In this document: in pieces, positions 16,693-20,000 of the stretch | Numbering within the stretch: position 1 is the stretch's first letter | How the letters are laid out: each line of letters opens with the position of its first letter | Virus record (IMG/VR): IMGVR_UViG_3300033141_005858 | Length of the DNA: 20,000 nucleotides | Direction: 5' to 3' (one strand) | Source: an uncultured virus (IMG/VR IMGVR_UViG_3300033141_005858) | Taxonomy: Duplodnaviria > Heunggongvirae > Uroviricota > Caudoviricetes | Position numbers and translations under genes: made by a program | The notes under the pieces: model-generated | What the model saw: only the letters and a program-made list of their open reading frames with translations | Database searches by the model: none | What the model was told of the DNA's origin: nothing

Positions 16693-16893
16693 TCATCTCC
16701 TTTCGTTTAATTTTATCAATAAATTTTCTAAGCATCTTAAACGCTCCTTAATTTGTTCTATATTCAAAGCTATTACTTTTCTTCTTGTTTTTATTGGCAA
16801 GGAAGTGGTGTTTGAAGTTTCTAAAATATCATCTAAAAATTCATATATTTCTTCTACTTCCTTGATTTTAACCTTATCAATAAGATAGCTCAT
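16693..16893 (-). CDS. Hypothetical protein
   Basis: 66 aa, GAGG RBS. Confidence 0.55.
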   Translation of the reverse strand: MSYLIDKVKIKEVEEIYEFLDDILETSNTTSLPIKTRRKVIALNIEQIKERLRCLENLLIKLNERR

Positions 16894-17063
16894 TTCTTAC
16901 CTCTTTTCATAAAATCCACTGAAAAAACGAAATTTAAAATGACTAAATGAAAGTACTTATAACCTGGATTAATATCAAAATAAATCTCAATGATGTTAAT
17001 GGGAAAAACCCCGCCGGCTTTTAATGAGTTCCCTTTCCACATATTTTCAAACTTTAATCTCAT
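16890..17063 (-). CDS. Hypothetical protein (57 aa, below ORF-track cutoff)
   Basis: MRLKFENMWKGNSLKAGGVFPINIIEIYFDINPGYKYFHLVILNFVFSVDFMKRGKK; ATGA overlaps at both ends. Confidence 0.6.
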   Translation of the reverse strand: MRLKFENMWKGNSLKAGGVFPINIIEIYFDINPGYKYFHLVILNFVFSVDFMKRGKK

Positions 17064-17416
17064 CCTTTGCCTCCTTTGTTGGCTTGCTCCTTCTCGCTTT
17101 TCAATTCTTGGTAAATCTCACCAACGGTCTTATTGCAAATTTTACAAATAACTTCTTGCCCTGGTTTTAAATGACTTTGGATATGTTCAACAAATATGTC
17201 CCCTTTTGATTTTTCTCCCCAGGCTTTGTAAATCTTGGTGATATCAGAAAATTCGATATACAATGCCTCATCTGTATCTTCAATCCATTCGCCATTTAAA
17301 TTCTTCTCAAGGCTGTTGATAATAACACATTCAGGCTCAGATTGCTCTGGCTTCCTTGCCACTCTTTTATATTTTTCGCCTTCTTCTAGCACAATCTCTT
17401 TTGATTCATTTTTCAT
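17060..17416 (-). CDS. Hypothetical protein
   Basis: 118 aa, AAGGAGG RBS, CKIC motif. Confidence 0.6.
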   Translation of the reverse strand: MKNESKEIVLEEGEKYKRVARKPEQSEPECVIINSLEKNLNGEWIEDTDEALYIEFSDITKIYKAWGEKSKGDIFVEHIQSHLKPGQEVICKICNKTVGEIYQELKSEKEQANKGGKG

Positions 17417-17631
17417 TGGATTCCTCCTTCCCCCAAGCTTTCACTATCTTTTGATGGGCATCCAAAGGTAACTCACTGGTAATTTTAAACGTTCTCCATT
17501 CTACAATGCCTCGTAATCTTTGTTCTTTCACCGCAATAAATTGACCTTCTTTTTCTGCAATCATCCTTAAATCATCTTCTTCCCAAATAACTATAATCTC
17601 TTTTGATTCATTTTTCATTGGATTCCTCCTT
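17393..17631. repeat. 37-bp perfect direct repeat at gene junctions (17393-17429, 17595-17631)
   Basis: AATCTCTTTTGATTCATTTTTCATTGGATTCCTCCTT occurs twice. Confidence 0.9.
17406..17618 (-). CDS. Hypothetical protein
   Basis: 70 aa, same start junction as the downstream gene. Confidence 0.6.
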   Translation of the reverse strand: MKNESKEIIVIWEEDDLRMIAEKEGQFIAVKEQRLRGIVEWRTFKITSELPLDAHQKIVKAWGKEESNEK

Positions 17632-17955
17632 ACTATCTACTTTTTTTGACCACACAACAACATAACTCCCCACAGCCTGGTAATCAAAATAATAATGCCC
17701 TCCCCTTTCTGTCCTTTGCCAAAAAAGAATCCAAAACATCGTTTTTCTTAATTCTGATATAATATCCTCATTACCAGACCACCCACCCGTATGAAGCTCA
17801 AAACCATCTTTTCCATTGTCAACAAAAAAATTATCATAATGCCATATAGATTTGAGATGAGACAGCATTTTAGGGACTTTTTCCTTTATCGGAAGCTCTA
17901 GTTTGTCAATCTCGTGTATCCTCTCTAGTTGCTCCTTCGTCGGGTACATATTCAT
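17608..17955 (-). CDS. Phage hypothetical protein
   Basis: ELHTGGWSGNEDII...FW..FW....RGGHYYF. Confidence 0.65.
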   Translation of the reverse strand: MNMYPTKEQLERIHEIDKLELPIKEKVPKMLSHLKSIWHYDNFFVDNGKDGFELHTGGWSGNEDIISELRKTMFWILFWQRTERGGHYYFDYQAVGSYVVVWSKKVDSKEESNEK

Positions 17956-18167
17956 TTCTTGCCTCCTTTGTTGGATTGCTTCTTCCCCCCAAGTTTTTCC
18001 TTTAGCACTTTGATGCAGTATTTAAGGGATTTGATATCATAATCAATATGAGGCATTGGTTCTCCTGTGCTTTTTTTTAATAAATTGTAATTAACAATCA
18101 TCCATTCCAATTTTGTAATCCACCTTTCCAGCATTTTTCGTTCCTGTTCTTTTGGTTTATTTGTCAC
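17952..18167 (-). CDS. Hypothetical protein
   Basis: 71 aa, AAGGAG RBS. Confidence 0.55.
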   Translation of the reverse strand: MTNKPKEQERKMLERWITKLEWMIVNYNLLKKSTGEPMPHIDYDIKSLKYCIKVLKEKLGGKKQSNKGGKK

Positions 18168-18636
18168 TAGATTGCTCCTTTAATAACTTAATTCCATAAT
18201 CTATGATTAGGTCTCTTCTTCCATCAACATACTTGCCAGCCTTAGTAACAGCCGAAACAGCCCAAGCAACAACCCTAACGACAGCCCTAGTAACTCCTAT
18301 TTCAGCAACATAAGTAGCCTCAATCAACTCGACAACAGACCTTACAGCATATTGAATGGCATCCCTAGTGTCTTTTGTTGCCTTTCGATAACATCCATCC
18401 TCGATTATAGGTAATGCAATAAACTCAACACAATATGCAGCAAATCTGACCCTGTCTCTCTTTGTTTTAATGAGTCTCGGAATAGCCCAACACAACCAAT
18501 CATATTTATCCCTAACCTCAGACTTGCGAAGCCTGTCAATTAACTCAAATACATCTTTTGTCCCCTGTTCTTCAATCCACTTTACAGCCTCGTCACAAGG
18601 CTCCCATTTTTTAATCCATGCCTTTGTTATCTTCAT
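18157..18636 (-). CDS. Hypothetical protein
   Basis: 159 aa, GAGGAG RBS. Confidence 0.6.
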   Translation of the reverse strand: MKITKAWIKKWEPCDEAVKWIEEQGTKDVFELIDRLRKSEVRDKYDWLCWAIPRLIKTKRDRVRFAAYCVEFIALPIIEDGCYRKATKDTRDAIQYAVRSVVELIEATYVAEIGVTRAVVRVVAWAVSAVTKAGKYVDGRRDLIIDYGIKLLKEQSSDK

Positions 18637-18975
18637 TTAAAACTCCTCACCAGGATCCTTTTCTGAAAACCCAGCGTCTATCTGCTTTAACCAAGCAATA
18701 AAACTGTAAACCGCGATCTTAAAATAATTAACCTCCTGCGGCTTTCCCCCAGCTCTCTTTGCATTCACAATCTCCCCTGTGTACTTTATAATGTTCCCCA
18801 TAATCCAGTTGGCTTTATCATGGCTGCTCCCCCCATCAAGAGCCTCAGTAATCAGATCAGTGAATTCCTTGTCTTCTGATAATGCATAACGCTCTCCCCC
18901 ACATTTCCACTGGGATTCACAACCCTTTAAAAATTTATCCCAATAAGCTTTCTTTTGCCTCACAGATGTATTCAT
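18637..18975 (-). CDS. DUF3310-like phage protein
   Basis: ERY...D.I...MGNIIKY...NYFKIAVY pattern. Confidence 0.45.
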   Translation of the reverse strand: MNTSVRQKKAYWDKFLKGCESQWKCGGERYALSEDKEFTDLITEALDGGSSHDKANWIMGNIIKYTGEIVNAKRAGGKPQEVNYFKIAVYSFIAWLKQIDAGFSEKDPGEEF

Positions 18976-18979
18976 AATA

Positions 18980-19360
18980 TCACTCCTCTTTAACTTTTAA
19001 TAATACTTCCTCCCAAGTCGTAAACTGTATAGCACGATCATCTATGTAATAGTCTGCCAGCGGCTTGCCTCTCCCTAACCAAATCGAATCATAAATAATA
19101 CCATACTTCTTGAAGACCCGCTTCACCCTTTCTAAAGCACCTTCAAGCGTCTCCTTGCAGCCTTCATACGCAGCAGGAGAAAAACGACAGGAATAAATTA
19201 TAACCCGGAAACCCCTTCTCCTTAATTCTTTAAGACCTTCAACCGCACCAGGCTTCGGCTCTCCAAAATAATAAAACCCCCCTTTCTGAAATTCTTCCCA
19301 ATCAAACTCCAGTATAGTCCTGTCTAAATCAACCGCTATATACCTTTCAAATTTTTTCAC
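18980..19360 (-). CDS. HAD-superfamily phosphatase
   Basis: IAVDLDRTI, IIYSCR, GKPLADYYIDDRA. Confidence 0.85.
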   Translation of the reverse strand: MKKFERYIAVDLDRTILEFDWEEFQKGGFYYFGEPKPGAVEGLKELRRRGFRVIIYSCRFSPAAYEGCKETLEGALERVKRVFKKYGIIYDSIWLGRGKPLADYYIDDRAIQFTTWEEVLLKVKEE

Positions 19361-19561
19361 CGGCTCTCTTTTTCTCCTCTCTATATGTACCCCTCTCAGT
19401 GGCTTTTTGCAATAAGTATCTTCCTCCAGGTAAATGCATAACTATTTCCACCTCGATGGAAAATCTGAAAATTTCAGGGTGCCGGGTGTTGCCCCTATGG
19501 TACCTAGATAACACATGCAAAATTGTCAATCTTTTTTGCGTTTTGCCTGGGGCGGGTGAAC

Positions 19562-19577
19562 TGGCATGAATCTTGCT
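19562..19577 (+). promoter_or_regulatory. Sigma54 (-24/-12) promoter, rightward
   Basis: TGGCATGAATCTTGCT versus consensus TGGCAC-N5-TTGCW. Confidence 0.65.
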
Positions 19578-19580
19578 ATA

Positions 19581-19596
19581 TGCAAGAGTTGTGCCA
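19581..19596 (-). promoter_or_regulatory. Sigma54 (-24/-12) promoter, leftward
   Basis: Minus strand TGGCACAACTCTTGCA is an exact match to TGGCAC-N5-TTGCW. Confidence 0.7.
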
Positions 19597-19609
19597 AATT
19601 AATTTAATG

Positions 19610-19813
19610 TAAGTTATTGATTATAAAACACTTACACTGTTCAATATCTGAACACACAAAAAAACACTGTTATAAAAATTATACGTAAATCATTGATAAT
19701 AAAGAAGTTAACAGGACAAGTTAACTTGTTTAAAATCAATAACTTACACGAATTGATAAGCTAGTCAAATAAAAACTTTAAACTTTTTTCTTTTCTCTTC
19801 CAAGCTATTGATA
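19610..19813. promoter_or_regulatory. Four IHF consensus sites
   Basis: WATCAANNNNTTR at 19610-19622 (-), 19686-19698 (-), 19734-19746 (+), 19801-19813 (-). Confidence 0.65.
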
Positions 19814-19957
19814 ATAAAAAAGATACAAGCAAAAAATAATACTAACATACTTGACAACTTATAGGTTATAAGTACTTAAATGTTCATTGACAAATAGAGT
19901 CTCTTAAACAGTTGCATTGCATTGACTCTTATCTCGTTTATGTTGTTCATGGAGTCT

Positions 19958-20000
19958 ATGACAAAACTAAAAAGGATAGACAAAATGACACAAAAACAAA
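19958..20000 (+). CDS. Start of a rightward gene (truncated by the window)
   Basis: In-frame ATGs at 19958 (GGAG upstream) and 19985 (AAGGA upstream): MTKLKRIDKMTQKQ... Confidence 0.4.
   Translation, partial: MTKLKRIDKMTQKQ

Noticed and set aside
17002..17022. GC-rich hairpin-like stretch as a terminator
   Set aside because: The stem is imperfect and lies within the 57-aa coupled ORF.
1393..17471. Short + strand ORFs antisense to the main genes
   Set aside because: Shadow ORFs with no RBS or motifs, opposite well-supported minus-strand genes.
19347..19529. 60-aa minus-strand ORF
   Set aside because: TTG start with no clear RBS; more likely leader sequence below the sigma54 promoter.
19851..19892. 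Two TTGACA hexamers as sigma70 promoters
   Set aside because: No good -10 element at 17-nt spacing.

Overview
AT-rich bacteriophage (or prophage) segment, almost all on the minus strand. It holds a replication module (gp32-like SSB, family A DNA polymerase, HolA/delta-like protein, sigma-like factor), a sugar/sulfo-modification cluster, lysis genes (M15 endolysin, holin-like, SLT, spanin-like), an MT-A70 methyltransferase, a metallophosphoesterase and many small early-type genes. It ends in a divergent control region with two face-to-face sigma54 promoters and four IHF consensus sites. The main feature is at 6428-7767: an HNH + Nop/IS110-like protein flanked on BOTH sides by 36-bp-period arrays built from two alternating 9-nt repeats and two 9-nt variable spacers. 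This is the architecture of a TIGR-Tas (TasH-type) RNA-guided DNA-targeting system. Here the HNH catalytic His appears replaced by Arg. Two reconstructed guides read as a SAM-methyltransferase motif I (ILDIGC / IMDVGC), and one guide partly matches the tasH start codon. All calls come from reading motifs by eye; no database searches were run.
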